64,000 bases of DNA from Lama guanicoe. Taxonomy: Eukaryota. Both the position numbers and the translations under genes were made by a program. The notes beneath the pieces are model-generated. The model had not been told where the DNA came from and did not search any database. It saw only the letters and a list, made by a program, of their open reading frames with translations. Positions 48,027 through 60,719 of the stretch are shown here, one piece after another. Within the stretch, counting starts at the first letter, position 1, and the number at the start of each line of letters is the position of its first letter. The stretch covers positions 3,739,782 through 3,803,781 of the forward strand of contig MU057102.1 of assembly GCA_013239625.1 (NCBI GenBank), in the 5' to 3' direction.

Positions 48027-48876
48027 GTATCCTTTCTGGGGACTGAGTGCAGACCTGGTCGCGTGGCGGGGCCCGCGCCCGGCTCCTGACGGCACCCTTC
48101 TCGATGTGCTTTCACTGGGCTTCCCTGTGGCGTGTCTCGCACAAGGGACTTTTCTTCTTGTTCTTCACTCTCAGGGTGATAAACAGGGAGGGTCTGTAGC
48201 TTTGGGAGTGGAGGTGGGTGTCCCTGACAAGAGGTCTACAGGCCCTGGGGGTGGGCCGACCCGTGCCTCTGCCCTATGTCTGCCCCTCGTTCCCTGATGT
48301 GGCCCACGGCACCCGGCAAGTGGCTGTGCCCCCAGCCCCTCACCAGGCCTGGCTCCATATTGATTCTGCTCAGGGCTGGGGTCTGTCTCACGTCTCACCC
48401 TGGCTGGAGCGCTTGGGGCCTGGGTGTCCGTGCACAGAGGGCCCGTCTTGCTTGCTCCCCACTCCTGCACACATTCTCCCCAAACTGGGGCTTTGCCCTT
48501 TGCTGTCAGAATCAGTTCTCTTCCGTCCTGAAGCACTGTCCACTGCGAGCCTGCCAGCCGCTTGGGCTGAGGGTGCTCACCTCGCTGGGCTTGAGTGGCT
48601 GCGTGTCCCGTCACACCTCAGCCCTGCCGCGCCCTGTGCTGCTGCCTTGCTTGGCTGGGGCTGGGTGTGGCCAGCCCACTGGGGTCTTCACCCTAGCCTG
48701 TCCTTCTCCTGCTCACACCCCCTGCATCCTGGCTGCCCCCACCCCCTTGCATCTTTCTGCTCTGACACCCTGCCATGGTGCACTCTTTGGATTCGGTGTT
48801 TTGACTTTAGAATTGTGTACATGTTTGTTCTCAAACATGCAGGCTTATACCTTCTCCTTTAACAAGATCCCCACAG

Positions 48877-48991
48877 AAAAAACTTTCAGGTCACCCCAAT
48901 ATCGTCCAGTTTTGTTCTGCAGCATCAATAGGAAAAGAGGAGTCGGACACGGGGCAGGCCGAGTTCCTGCTGCTCATGGAGCTCTGCAAAG
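48877..48991 (+). CDS. GAK: GAK exon 4
   Basis: KKLSGHPNIVQFCSAASIGKEESDTGQAEFLLLMELCK. Confidence 0.95.
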
Positions 48992-51151
48992 GTCAGGTTC
49001 CAGCAGGTCTGAGCCCCGACAGCAGGGTGCGCCCGGGGCCTTCGCTCCTGAGACCCACTGGTCCTAGTGGAAGAGCGTGGCTAGCTGCCTGGCGGGAGCT
49101 CTTGCACCCCCACCCTGCCCATGGCCTGTCCCAGCCCTGGGGGGAGAGTTCCCCTGGGTCCCCGCCCTGGGGGCGAGAGCAGAGCTGGCGCTGGGAGGAA
49201 GGGTGAGCGCTGGCATCCTCGTGCGCTCTGGGGCAGCAGGAAATAGTCAGGCAAGGCTGGGAGCTGGGCCTGTGGGAGCTAGGCAGCTGCCTCGGCCCTC
49301 AGGGCTGGGCCCTGTCTGCAGTGCAGCAGGACCCACACTGGGAGGTCCCTGAGCTGCCCCCGTTCCTGTGGTTGGGCAGCATGTTCCCCTTGGAGGCCCT
49401 GCCCACTGGGTCCCCGTCTGCCTCGTGCTCTGCTGCTGGCAGTGGACGTGTGTCTTTGTGTTTTCGGCTGTTTGTGTCTCTGGTTCGTGTGCTGTGTTCC
49501 CCGTTCACCATCCAGGATGCTTTGGCTTTGATGTTCGGTTTTAGAGGCTGTGGCTGCCCTTCTGCAGGTGCGTGCGGGCCTGGGGTGCAGGAGGCGCCAG
49601 GAGGGGGGCCTGGTTGCCCACGTGTGTCAGGGGCATCCTTGATGCTGCGATCTCGTGAAGCCCACCACTGCGTGTGGCGTGGGCAGGACCGCCTGCCTGG
49701 GCTGGTGCGCGAGGCCCAGGCTGAACCCTCAGGGTGCTCGCAGAGCAGGTGTGGTAGTGCCTGACAGGCGGCAGGTCTTTGGAAGTCGACCGTGGGTATG
49801 CTCCGTGGAGCCTGCACCCTCCTGATTCCCCAAGGCTTCGCCCTCCACAGTGCTCTCTCTGGCTGCTCTGCCACTGATGGAATTAATTTAAAAAGAGCTC
49901 TCTTAACTCTGGTTGAACGTCAGGCCAGTGAACCCTGATGTTGCGGTGCCCCGCCCTGCACCAGCGCATCACGTCCCCAGCCAGCCTGGCAGTTAGTCTG
50001 TCACCCTTGCTCCAGACCCTCAACAACACCTCATGAGGCCTGTGCTCCATCCGCATCCTGGGGGACCCACCTACTCTTAGGACCCCTGTCCCCCTGGGGC
50101 CCCCGCCCCGCTGAGGATTAGGGCTAGGGCACAGCACAGAGCCCAACCCAAGTCCAGAGTTGGAGGGCGGGCAGCTCCACATGTTGGGGAAAGGGGTGCA
50201 CATCAGCCAGGCTGAGCAGAGGGCTCCCTGGAGGGCGACGGTCGGGTCAGGAGCTTCGGGAGCCCAGGAGCTGCAGGTGTGAGGGTCCTGAGGCACGGAC
50301 AGAAAGGAGGCTTGTGGCTCGAGGGGAATGAGCACAGGGGATGATGGGAGGTGAGGTTGGAGAGAACGAGTGAGTGCCGATCGTGGGCCCTTAGGTGTGG
50401 TGACCCTGGCTCTGCATCGAGCAGGACGGGCACGGGCCCTTAGTGTGTGAAGTGGGCCTTGGGAGCAAGGGAGCCGAGGTGGCCTGGGCCCTGGACCAGG
50501 GTGAGGGCAGCGTGGGGCTGGGGAGAGGCTGGACTCTAGGAAGATGCTTTGAGACGTCCAGGGCAAGAACAGGGTTGGGGGTCCGGGGCCCGGGGGTGGT
50601 GGGAGCCTGTGGAGGCTGGGACCATGCATAGTCATGGAGGGGGCCGGCCACCCTATACCTGAGGTGCCCGGCTTCAAGGTCTGGGCTGTGGCCGGTTACA
50701 GCAGGCCTCGGGGTTCCTGGGCTACAGAGATGGGGAGGCACAGCCTTGAGGTGGGGAGCCCCTGAGAACAGCGTCCTGGTGCCCAGAGCCTCGCTGTCTG
50801 GTCGTGCTCTCCCTGCACGCTCCGTTCCGCATCTGTGTGCACGTGGAGGATGTGATGACGGAGGTGCTACATTGATTTAAGAGTTAGCAGAGGATGCAGT
50901 GATTGTTCCCTAGAGGTACTTGGAGAGTTGGGCATGTTTGTCATCCTTTCCCACGTAGCTGCCACGTTGCGTGGACTCTGCAGGGAGGGGCGTGCCGATG
51001 GTAGGCAGGCGTTCGCACAGGGCGCCCCAGCGCTGGCCCGCGCCCTGGTGGGGGCTGCACACCCCCCAGCGGGCTCAGGAGGGTGCGGCTGGCGGGCGCA
51101 TGCCCGAGGCGGGCGGAGCACTCACAGCTCCCTGGTGATTGTCTCTTGTAG

Positions 51152-51294
51152 GGCAGCTGGTGGAATTTTTAAAGAAAGTTGAGTCTAAAGGTCCGCTCTC
51201 GTGCGATACTGTTCTGAAGATATTTTATCAGACATGCAGAGCGGTGCAGCACATGCACAAGCAGAAGCCACCCATCATCCACAGAGACCTCAAG
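51152..51294 (+). CDS. GAK: GAK exon 5
   Basis: QLVEFLKKVESKGPLSCDTVLKIFYQTCRAVQHMHKQKPPIIHRDLK. Confidence 0.95.
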
Positions 51295-52167
51295 GTACGG
51301 CCCCCCTGCCCTCCCTCCACGCCATGCCCGCCCAGCCCCTGCACCTGTCGGGCCTGCTAGCCGAGAGCAGAGCCCTCCCCGAGTCCTCCCACTTGGCTGG
51401 AGCACACAGGGCCCCCTCCCCATGCCCAGCAGGCCTCCACGGGGTGCTCCTCTCCTGCGGGTGCCGGTGTGGGCGCGGGCGGGGGCCCTGATGCTAGGGT
51501 AGGACTGGGCCCTGGCGTGGAACCAGGAGGAAGGTGACTGCTCTTCTGTGCTGCGCTGGCCACCACCCTTCCGTCACCCCACTGGGGCCCAGCCTGGCCC
51601 GCCCTGCTGCCTAGTGCCAGGGCCTGCGTTTCACCACAGACGCTGCCTCCTGCAGTGATGCCACACGTCCTAGGCCTGGGGCTTTGTCCGTGTGGGGAGC
51701 TGCCCTTTGTCATTTTGCCGCCTGGTTGGGGGCATCTGAGTAGTGATTTTGCCTTTTCCTGATTAATGAAGAAGTCGAGCGTTTCTGCTGTTTATGCTCT
51801 TTGGTGCCTTCGATCTTCGCTTACCTGCCTAGTTTTCCCCTGTTTTATTGTCTGTTGGTTTGATTTTGTACATCCTTACAACAGTCATTTTTAAGTTACA
51901 CGTGTTGCAAATATCTTCTCCCGGTTTCTGGCCTCGTTTTATTAATTATCCAGTGTCCACGAAGCTAGTGCCCCAGCTTTGACCACGTCTCAGGGTGGCC
52001 GCGGCCCCCTGGTCCTCCCCGCTAAAGAATTTTAAAGCAGACCCCAGACATGCTGTTTCTCTCCAGGTGCTTTCATGCAAATAAGGATGTTTCTAATGCA
52101 GCGGAAACACGCGGCGGCCTCAGCGGGACTAAAACCCCTCAGTGCAACCTCAGATGCAGTCTGGCCA

Positions 52168-52209
52168 GCCCTCCCCGGGTTGCCCTCCCCGGGTTGCCCT
52201 CCCCGGGTT
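52168..52209 (+). repeat. Tandem repeat (GCCCTCCCCGGGTT) x3
   Basis: Three perfect 14-bp copies read directly. Confidence 0.9.
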
Positions 52210-52573
52210 TTCCCTGTGGTGGGCTCTTCTTAGGCACAGCGCACCCCACGGCCTGGTGGCTGAGTAGGGGTCAGATGGGCATTGACAGCCCTGTCCGTGG
52301 GCATGGCGCCTTCCTATGGATGTGAACCTCGGACGAATCTGGCCTTTCTTGTTTGTTCCTGGACCCGAGGGGCCTGGTGTAAGGTGACAAGTCAACTTGG
52401 CTGCAGAAACCTGTGGGATGGGAGCCACCTCCCAGGCCCCGGGCCTGCAGAAGGGCTGTCAGGGACACCTGGGCGGCGGTGGTCTTGGAGGGAGAAGGCC
52501 TTCTCTGCCCTCGGCCGTGCGGCTGGTGGCTTCCTCGTGCCATCGAGACTCTTGTGCTTCATGTGCTGTGCAC

Positions 52574-52603
52574 GTGTGTGCGTGTGTGTGTGTGTGTGTG
52601 TGT
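52574..52603 (+). repeat. (TG)n microsatellite
   Basis: GTGTGTGCGTGTGTGTGTGTGTGTGTGTGT. Confidence 0.85.
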
Positions 52604-53611
52604 ATTTTTCTCCTTAAAGGAAAGTGAAAGACTAGAAGGATGGCGTTAGTGAAGACGTGGTGTTTGTGAGCTTGGCCTGGGTTTGACTCCTCTCCTCGGT
52701 GCTGCGTGTGTGCGGCGGCCCAGTGCTGGGACTCCCTCCAGGCCTCCCAGGTGGTGCTCTGGAAGGGCAGGCAGGACACGGGGGCCGGGGCTCCCCCAGG
52801 CTGGCCCCCTCCGTGCTCTGCAGCCGTGCCTGGCTCCCCCGGATGCCGCGGTCTGTGGACTGGCATCCGTATGTTCTAGACACAAGTGTCAGCCCTGGGG
52901 CCCCACGTCCCTCTTGCTGTTAGTGACAGCTGTTTGCTTTACTTTTTGCTGTGTGCCCTGCTCCTTCCTCATGCCCTTTTGCCTTTTGCTCTTTGGGGTC
53001 ATCACGTGAGGGACCCACAGTGCAGGGTCTCATGTGTCAAGCTGTTGCTCAGGGTTGTGACTTTGAGGCTTATCCACCTTGGGTCGTCCATGCTTGGCAG
53101 GACGAGTGCGCTGCACCTGGTGGCTCCCCACTCTGTGCCTGTAGCCAGCAGCGCTGCTCTGAGCCTCAGGACGCCCGTGTCCCGGGCGTGGCCCCTGGAT
53201 GCTGTGGGGCGTGGCTGGGAATGTTCCCACCGCAGCACTTGGTCGCCCTGTGCCCGTGCTTGGCTGGCCCTTGGTGGTCAGCCTCAGCTGATGCGTGGAT
53301 TCAGTGGGCTTTCTTCTGAGAACACGGCTCGTCCTGTCTCGTCCTGCTCGTGGGCATGTGGGTGTCCCCTCGGGCAGTGCTGTGCCCCTCACGGCAGCAG
53401 CAGCCCGCTCAGTGCATGAGGGCAGACCTTGCTCCCCCCGCTGCATTCTCACTCGGTCGTTCCTTCGCGCTTGGGGGGCAGGTCTTCCTGGGTGCATCGT
53501 TGGGGGTCCTAGGCAGCCTCTCTCTGCCTTCTGTACCATGGCTTCACGGTGGGCTTACGTCTGGTTCTCTGGGACCGTGTGGCTCTTTTTGGCCCTTGGT
53601 GTCTCCACACG

Positions 53612-54046
53612 CAGGCATCTTGGTGATGCTGCGCATTCTATCCAGACCAGTAAAGCAGATGCAGCAGCAGAGTGAGTCCCGTGGCGTCTGTCTCCCGGTG
53701 CCTCTGGAAGTTGTGTTCACATGGTGCTGTGCTTTGTTAGTGGGCAATGGCCTGTGTCTAAGGAACAGCGTCTGTACTTCAGTGAGAAGATACCGTATTG
53801 CTAAAAGTGCTGACCGTCGTCCGCGCCTTCAGTGAGTCGCAGCAGTGACATCACAGGTCACTGGTCACAGACACCACAACAAGTACAGTGATGGTGACAA
53901 AGTTTGAAATATTGCAAGATTTTCCAGAGCGTGACGTGGAGACAGAAAGTGCGTGGTGCTGTTGGAGAAACGGTGCCGACAGACTCTCGAGGCTGGGCTG
54001 CTGCGACCTCTGTATATGAAAGGCTCAGGAACATGAGGTCTGCCTG
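53612..54046. mobile_element. Internally deleted Tigger1-type DNA transposon
   Basis: Ends CAGGCAT... and ...GAGGTCTGCCTG|TA; internal AAAGTTTGAAATATTGC and TGCTGTTGGAGAAACGGTGCCGA match recalled Tigger1 ends. Confidence 0.7.
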
Positions 54047-54766
54047 TAAATTTTGGATCAGTTTGTCAGCTCCCACCCAGAAAAGTTTTGGGAATCTGGC
54101 TGAAGTTGCCTCAAATCTCCCGACCGAGCGGCTCAGAAGCAGCCACAGGCTGTCTGGTTGAGCAGGCGTGGCCGGGTCAGCAGAACTGCTCCCCCACTGT
54201 GTCTTGAAACACTGGTCTTTTGATTCTTCTTTTTTTTTCTGTTTAAAAAATAAAAGCCATTCTGAGTGTGGGCCTGCGGAGGCCACAGTGCTGGGCTGGC
54301 TTCCAGGGCGTTGGGGCGGGCTTGTGTCTTTCCTCTTAGGAATACAGTCTCGCTCCCTCTTCATTTTGGATTTTTAAATTCATCACAGCTCATTTCTGAA
54401 CAGGGGGTCTTCTGTGTGTCTGTTGTTGGATACCTTCCTGTTATGGGTGCACTTGATGATTTCAAGTGGTGTTTTTTTCGCCTTCTGAGGTTTATGAAGG
54501 CTTTCATTGTAGATACCACCTTATTAGTTTATCTTTCTTTGATTTGTGGTTGGTTTTAGCTTTTATTTTTCTGAAGTCCTCATTTTAAAGGTACATATAC
54601 CAGTTTTGATCAGAGAGGTTTCCTGTTTGCCCAGGAAAACGCCGGCTACTCTACCCTCTGAGCCCCTCCCCTCGGGGCACCCTGCCCTGTGCTGGAGCCC
54701 TGGGTGTTTTTCCACCGTCCAGCTTGCTCCCCAAGCTCACGAAGACTGTCTTCTGGAATTTTGCAG

Positions 54767-54892
54767 GTTGAAAACTTACTACTCAGTAACCAGGGGACCA
54801 TTAAGCTGTGTGACTTTGGCAGTGCCACGACCATATCCCACTACCCCGACTACAGCTGGAGCGCCCAGCGGCGGGCCCTCGTGGAGGAGGAG
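54767..54892 (+). CDS. GAK: GAK exon 6
   Basis: VENLLLSNQGTIKLCDFGSATTISHYPDYSWSAQRRALVEEE. Confidence 0.95.
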
Positions 54893-54999
54893 GTGAGCAG
54901 GGTTGCTGGGCTGGCCGGGCTGGCGGGCTACCGGGACACCAAACCCTGTGTCGCCATCACTGTTCTCATCCCAGACTTGCCTCTGAGTGTCCTATTGCT

Positions 55000-55150
55000 T
55001 TTTTTTTTTTTTGTGCACCTTTTTTTGTTGTAGTAAAGCACATAACATAAAATTTACTGTCTTAACCATTTTTAAGCTTGCAGTTCACTGGCGTTAAGTA
55101 CGTTCACATCCTTGTGCAACTGCCCCACCATCCGTCTCCAGAACTTTCGT
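55000..55150 (-). mobile_element. LINE-1 extreme 3' end (L1MB-like)
   Basis: ACATAACATAAAATTTACTGTCTTAACCATTTTTAAG preceded by poly-T. Confidence 0.7.
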
Positions 55151-57371
55151 TTAAAATAAATCATTAAAAAATATAACTTCAAGGAGATTTGGCAGCTCCC
55201 ACAGGTGACCCCAAAGGAGGTTTGGAGGGTGTGCTCGGAGCACATGTGCGTGGAAAGCAGCACTGAGTGGGAGCAGACACACCCTGGTGTCGGGATCGTC
55301 CGGGAGGGTGGGCGCTGTCCACACACTCGCCACTGCACCCTCCTGCTGCTAACTTGGACTTCGGTAAACGGCCGCAGGAACTGCACAATCAAAACCATGT
55401 GAGACAGAAAAACAGCAATGAGCGGAGAGGGCAGGGGTCCCGGGGAAGACATGTTCCGAAAAGGAGTGCGGAGACGAGTGATTCTGCTATAGGCGGTGCC
55501 CTGTTCCCGGAGGCTGGGGTGCGAGCCTGTGCTTGCTCTGTCTGTCTGTCCCTCGGGACCTGCCCTGTCGGAAGCATTTATAGGAAAGTCGGTCCCAGCA
55601 AAGTGCCCACGTCTCAGTGCTGCAAACCGCGTTCTCCTCAGGTTGGCTGGCAGGGATGGGGGTGAAAGGAGGCCTTGGCCGGGCATGCTGGGGCCGGGCT
55701 GGGGCCCAGGAAGACCTGGTTTTGTGATCACCTCGCGGGGCTCTGAGTCGTGTGCCCTGAACAGACCCCCACCATCGAGTGCACCGCGTATCAGGGACTG
55801 GTCACTCTGACCTCGAGGCCAAGGTGTAGTGTCTTGCTCTGCGGCTGCGTGACCACCACGGCTGCTCCACGCCTGCCGTGCCCAGGGACCGGAACCCTGC
55901 GCCTTGCCTGTTGTTCGCGGGGCCTGGTGGATATGGTTCTTCGTTGCTCGGGCCTCTGCGGCTCAGTGGTTATTTTGGTGCTGAAATGTGTGGGTGTGCT
56001 TCGTGCTGGTTCCTGTATTCCTTGACATCGTCGCTTTGGAGTGTTTACCTCTTTTCTGCAGCGGCAGGATGCACCTACCTGGCCCACCTCGTCGTCCCTG
56101 ATCCTGCAGGAGCGCTGCCCTCTGTGTGGGGGCAGGGCCTGTGCGTGAATGGCGCGGAGATCCCCTGCCCTCAGGAACACACATGCCTGACCCCCCGCCC
56201 CACCCTGCGTGCATGTCCGTCCCAGCGGGAGCCTGGCCCCGCTGCAGCCTGTGCTGGAGCTGGGAGCTCCAGGGTCGCTAGGAAAACCAAACCTCTCAGA
56301 AGAGCTCAGGGTTTGCCTGTGGTTCTTTTCACGGCCTCGTGTGCGGCCCAGACCCAGGGTGGGTCTGTTAGGCTGCTCGACCGAAACACATCTGGGTTTA
56401 TTTATCTTGTATCTTTCATCTTATTTTCAAGTTAACAGACTCTATCTTGCGAGCGGTTTCGGGTTCCCCGAAGAACTGATATGCAGGCAGAGCCTGGCCC
56501 GCATCCCCTGCCCATGTCCCCCAGTCGCCCTCGCTGCGTCCTGCTTCACCTTCCGAGTTTCCTTCTCCTGAGGAGCAGGCAGATGTGTCCGCTCTCGTGC
56601 CTTCTGTCTGCTTTCTCTCTTCTGAGTCAGTGCTGAGTTGAGTGGGACCGTCTTTGTCCCTTCGTGTGCACGCGTCTCCGTGTGGCACCGTCTGGGACGT
56701 CGGCTGTGTGCAGCATCACCGCTGCAGAGGACAGTTTCCTGCGTGTCAGGACGTGTGTTCAGGGCGCGATCCTGGAAGCGTGATCGCTGGGTTGAAAGGT
56801 TCGGGCCATACGTACGGCTGCTCAGTGTAGGTGTGTCGCCCGCGTGCTCCTGGTGCTCACGGGAGCCTGCCCTGCCCAGCGGGGGCCGGTTGTGGTGGGC
56901 TGCTCTGGGCTCTTGTACACCTCTGTCCATGCAGGCACGTGTCGGCGAGGGGCTGGCATCCCGCGTGCTTTCTCTTGCAAAGCGCATGTTGCCGTGGGGA
57001 GCAGTGGCCCCTGCTCGCCCGGGCCTGTCCCCTTCCTCTGCCTGGGCCAGTGTGTCTGCCGTCTGTCAGGCGCGCTTGGTCGTGGCTGGGCGTCCTGCAG
57101 GCGTGGGTGGCGGGCGTTCCATGGAAGCCCTGCGGCAGCAGGCGGGTTTGGCTTCCGTGCGTTTCCGTCAGGGGTTTCTCTGTCGAGAGGGGCTTGTTGG
57201 GAAGCTCCTTCAAGGACACCGCTGCCTTCACAGGCGCCGAGCCGGCTTGCACGCCTGGCTCACCGTGCCACCCTGGGCCTGGTCTCCGGACTGGCGCGGG
57301 ACCGCGGTGCTGCGTAACTGGTGTTGCTTGCACGTGGCTTTCCCTTTGACGTGTCTGTGTCCTCCCTTCAG

Positions 57372-57461
57372 ATCACCAGGAACACGACCCCCATGTACCG
57401 GACACCGGAGATTGTGGACTTGTACTCCAACTTCCCGATCGGCGAGAAACAGGACGTCTGG
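57372..57461 (+). CDS. GAK: GAK exon 7
   Basis: ITRNTTPMYRTPEIVDLYSNFPIGEKQDVW. Confidence 0.95.
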
Positions 57462-58707
57462 GTGAGGCTGCTCGCCCGCGGAGCCGGGGCAGCCCTGCGC
57501 GGGGGAGGGCTGGTGTGAGGCCCTGGGGTGCAGCCTCCATCTGCTGTCCCCTTGGCTTCCTCCTTTCTTTTCCTCCTCCTTTTCCTTAGTCTTTTTTAGT
57601 GGCACTTGTGACTGCTGTTGGCGGAGCCTAGCTGGCTAGGAGCTGGGTTGGGGGTCAGCGCGAGGCAGTGTGGGCAGAAGTCCTGGCCCAAGAATGTCTG
57701 CTCTCCTGGTTGGAGCCTCTCAGGGGGCTGGAGGGTCACAAAGCCACTGGCCACAGGGCCAGATGCCAGACGTCCCAAGCGGCCTTGCAGCTTAAGCTGA
57801 CCTGGGCGTAGCCAAAGCGAGGGCTAAGCCCAATGCCTTGGGAAGAGATCTCAGAGAGGCTGGGCCGGACGCTGGGGCAACCTTTCCCTGCCCCTCTCCT
57901 GGGACATGTCCCAGCAATGCCAACGTGGGGTGAGTGTGATGTCTGCTCCGCCTCTGTTCAGCGTCAGAGCACAGAGCTTGGGGAGCACAGTGCTGAGCAC
58001 ACAGTGCTTCCCCTCCCCGTCTGGGGGTCTTGCAGCCTCCCCAGTGTCCCTAAGAGCAGGGACAGGTGACCCTGAATCCCCGCACCTCGGGGCTCATGGT
58101 CTAGGCCCGACGGGGCCATGTCCAGTGCCAGCCCCACCGTGAACGTGAGAGTCCCCGTCCTGGGAGTAGATGGAGACTAAGATGTGAGCTGGTTGGCTCC
58201 AAGTGGACGCCGTCAGCCTGCCCCTGGTGAGGGCACACGCGCACACACGGCAGTGAAAGGTGGACCTGGAACCGTGCACTTCGGGCTTGGCCTGTCTGGG
58301 CCCAGCATGTGCTGCTCAGCCTGAGATGCAGGGTGGGCTCCGGTGCCTCCAGCATCCCCCGTGGCCAGGTGCTGGGATAGGAGAAGCCGGGAGAAGACAC
58401 GTCTGGGTTCAGGGCCAGTTCTGCGGAGCCCCAACCTGCCCTGGGTGTGCCCTGTGCATCTTCTTAACACTGAGGAGCGCGGCCGGGCATCTCCTCGTGG
58501 TTGCCCGGCCCGCAGATCCCCACACATGACCGTGGGAGCTTTCCGTTTCGAAAGGATTTTTTTATCAGAAAACAAGAGTTCGGTGTTTGTTGACTGCTCT
58601 GACCTTGATGAGCAGTGGCTGGCGTGGGTGGACGCGGCCAGACGAGGGGGAGCCTTGGTCATGCCAGGGGGCCTGGCTGTGACCGCCCCTCGCCCTGTTC
58701 CCTGCAG

Positions 58708-58843
58708 GCCCTGGGCTGCATCCTGTACCTGCTGTGCTTCCGGCAGCACCCCTTCGAGGATGGAGCGAAGCTCCGCATAGTCAACGGGAAGTACTCCATC
58801 CCTGCCGGCGATACACGCTACTCCGTGTTCCATGACCTCATCC
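58708..58843 (+). CDS. GAK: GAK exon 8
   Basis: ALGCILYLLCFRQHPFEDGAKLRIVNGKYSIP...HDLI. Confidence 0.95.
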
Positions 58844-59089
58844 GTAAGTCGTGTGCAGGGCCTGCAGGGCACGCCTCCTGGCAGGTCCAGGCAGCTGCCC
58901 TGCTCAGCCCCGAGTGGTTGGTTTTGGTGATTTTGTTCCATCACACCTGCTTGCTTGTAAAACCGGTAACGAAAACAAAGCTCAGGGCCTCGGGGGTCCA
59001 TAGCCCCTGCAAAGCCAGCCATGCTGCTCGCCCACTCGGGACCCCGGCTCCAGTGGCCTGGGGACAAGCATGCGCTGTCTCTGCCACAG

Positions 59090-59202
59090 GCGCCACCCTC
59101 AAGGTCAACCCCGAGGAGCGTCTGTCCATCAGCGAGCTGGTGAACCAGCTCCAGGAGATCGCGGCTGCCCGGAACGTGAACCCCAAGGCACCCATCACTG
59201 AG
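59090..59202 (+). CDS. GAK: GAK exon 9
   Basis: ATLKVNPEERLSISELVNQLQEIAAARNVNPKAPITE. Confidence 0.95.
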
Positions 59203-60646
59203 GTAGGCCCTCTGTGTTGCTGGTGGTTGCACAGTCTTCATGCTGCCCTAGCGTTGGGTGACCCAGCCCTCGAGGGGCTCGCAGCCATCAGGCAGGCAGG
59301 AGCCCCGAGGACGGGGTCCCCGGAGTCGGGAGTAAAGCGGGGGTGGGGCTCCCGGGGCGCAGGGCGTTTCTGCGCCCCGTGGGCACCGGTGCAGGGCCAG
59401 GGCAGGACGTGGAGACAGTCCTGGCGCGTCAGGCAGCAGCTGTCACGTGAGGAGGAGGGGGCGAAGTGGGCATGGCTCAGGTGGGACTCGGGTCTAGGAG
59501 GGCAGTGAGCACCATGGGGGTGGGCCTGGGGCTCCCGTGGCATCTTACAGAGGGTATGTGCTCCCAGGGCTCAGCAGAGGGTCAGGTGGTGGTGCGGGGG
59601 ACGCAGTTGGGGCGGTCAGCCGGCACATGTGCTCGGGGTTGCTGTGTGCAGCGGGCGGAGGTGCCGATAGCTGGATGCAGGCCGCTGGTCAGCAGGCTCC
59701 TGAGTGTATCCTGCTCTGAGCACCCCCAGGGTCTGGGACCTGCGGCGCAGAAATTAAGCGCCTGTAGTGGGCAGCGCCCAAGGGTGGGAGCATGGAGAAG
59801 GCTGAGGCATGGGGATGAAGAGTGTGTGGGAGGGAGAGGGCGGGACGAGGGGCTGGGGCGCAGTGCGGGGAGAAGGTGTGTGCCTTTGAGGAGCTGATGA
59901 AACAGCTAGACGGAAGTGGGAGTTGGTGTGAAATGAGACGGTCGATCTGGTAGACACGTGTCTCCCGCAGGCGAACCTGTTCTCTTTAAGAGCCCAGGGG
60001 GCGTTAGCATTAACGTCTGCCTGCTGGTCACAAGGAAAGACAGCATTTCATCATACTCCACAGAATCAGTAACACATACATCTCACTTTTTGAGCTTAAC
60101 GTGATAAAACATAAACCCGATGAGAACATTTCGTAAAATCCTACGGGAAACCGTAAAGTGATTTCCGAATATCTGATAAAAATTGTAGCCTCGGGAACTG
60201 TGGCCTGCTTACGACAGAGTGAGTTTGCGGCTGACACTCCAGTGGGCTGGGTGGGGGCTACAGCCCGGCTTCCAGACTGCTGCTGACACCCGGGGCTCCA
60301 AAGAAGGTTTTCATGTCATGGCTGCCGCCAGCGCCTGCCTTGGGCTGTGTCTCCCGCGTTCCTGCTTGCGGCCAGGCCTGGGGTGCAGACCACCGGGCCC
60401 CACGCGGCATTGTTGACAGCAGAGACAGCCTATGTCGGGAACGTGCGCCTGATTGGTCCCAGGTGTCAGCCCTGTTGTCCAACCTGTGGGAGGTTCCTTC
60501 ATGATTTTGTCTTAAACCAGGTGGAGAGAGAAGGGTTGATGTGGGCCGCGTGCCCGAAGTGCATGGCGCCCTGTGCTGGCGTCTGAGGATTCTCCGCAGC
60601 GAGAAGCGGTGTGCACTGTGCCCTGACTGGTGTTTGATCGTTGCAG

Positions 60647-60719
60647 CTCCTGGAGCAGAGTGGAGGCTATGGGAACGTGGCCCCTCCTGGGGGCCCCACA
60701 AGCAGCAGCTACAGTGGAG
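60647..60719 (+). CDS. GAK: GAK exon 10
   Basis: LLEQSGGYGNVAPPGGPTSSSYSG; TTGCAG acceptor, GTGAGC donor, phase fits exon 11. Confidence 0.88.

Noticed and set aside
58213-59241. 342-aa antisense ORF over GAK exons 8-9
   Set aside because: Shadow of GC3-rich codons plus a stop-poor intron; no recognisable protein
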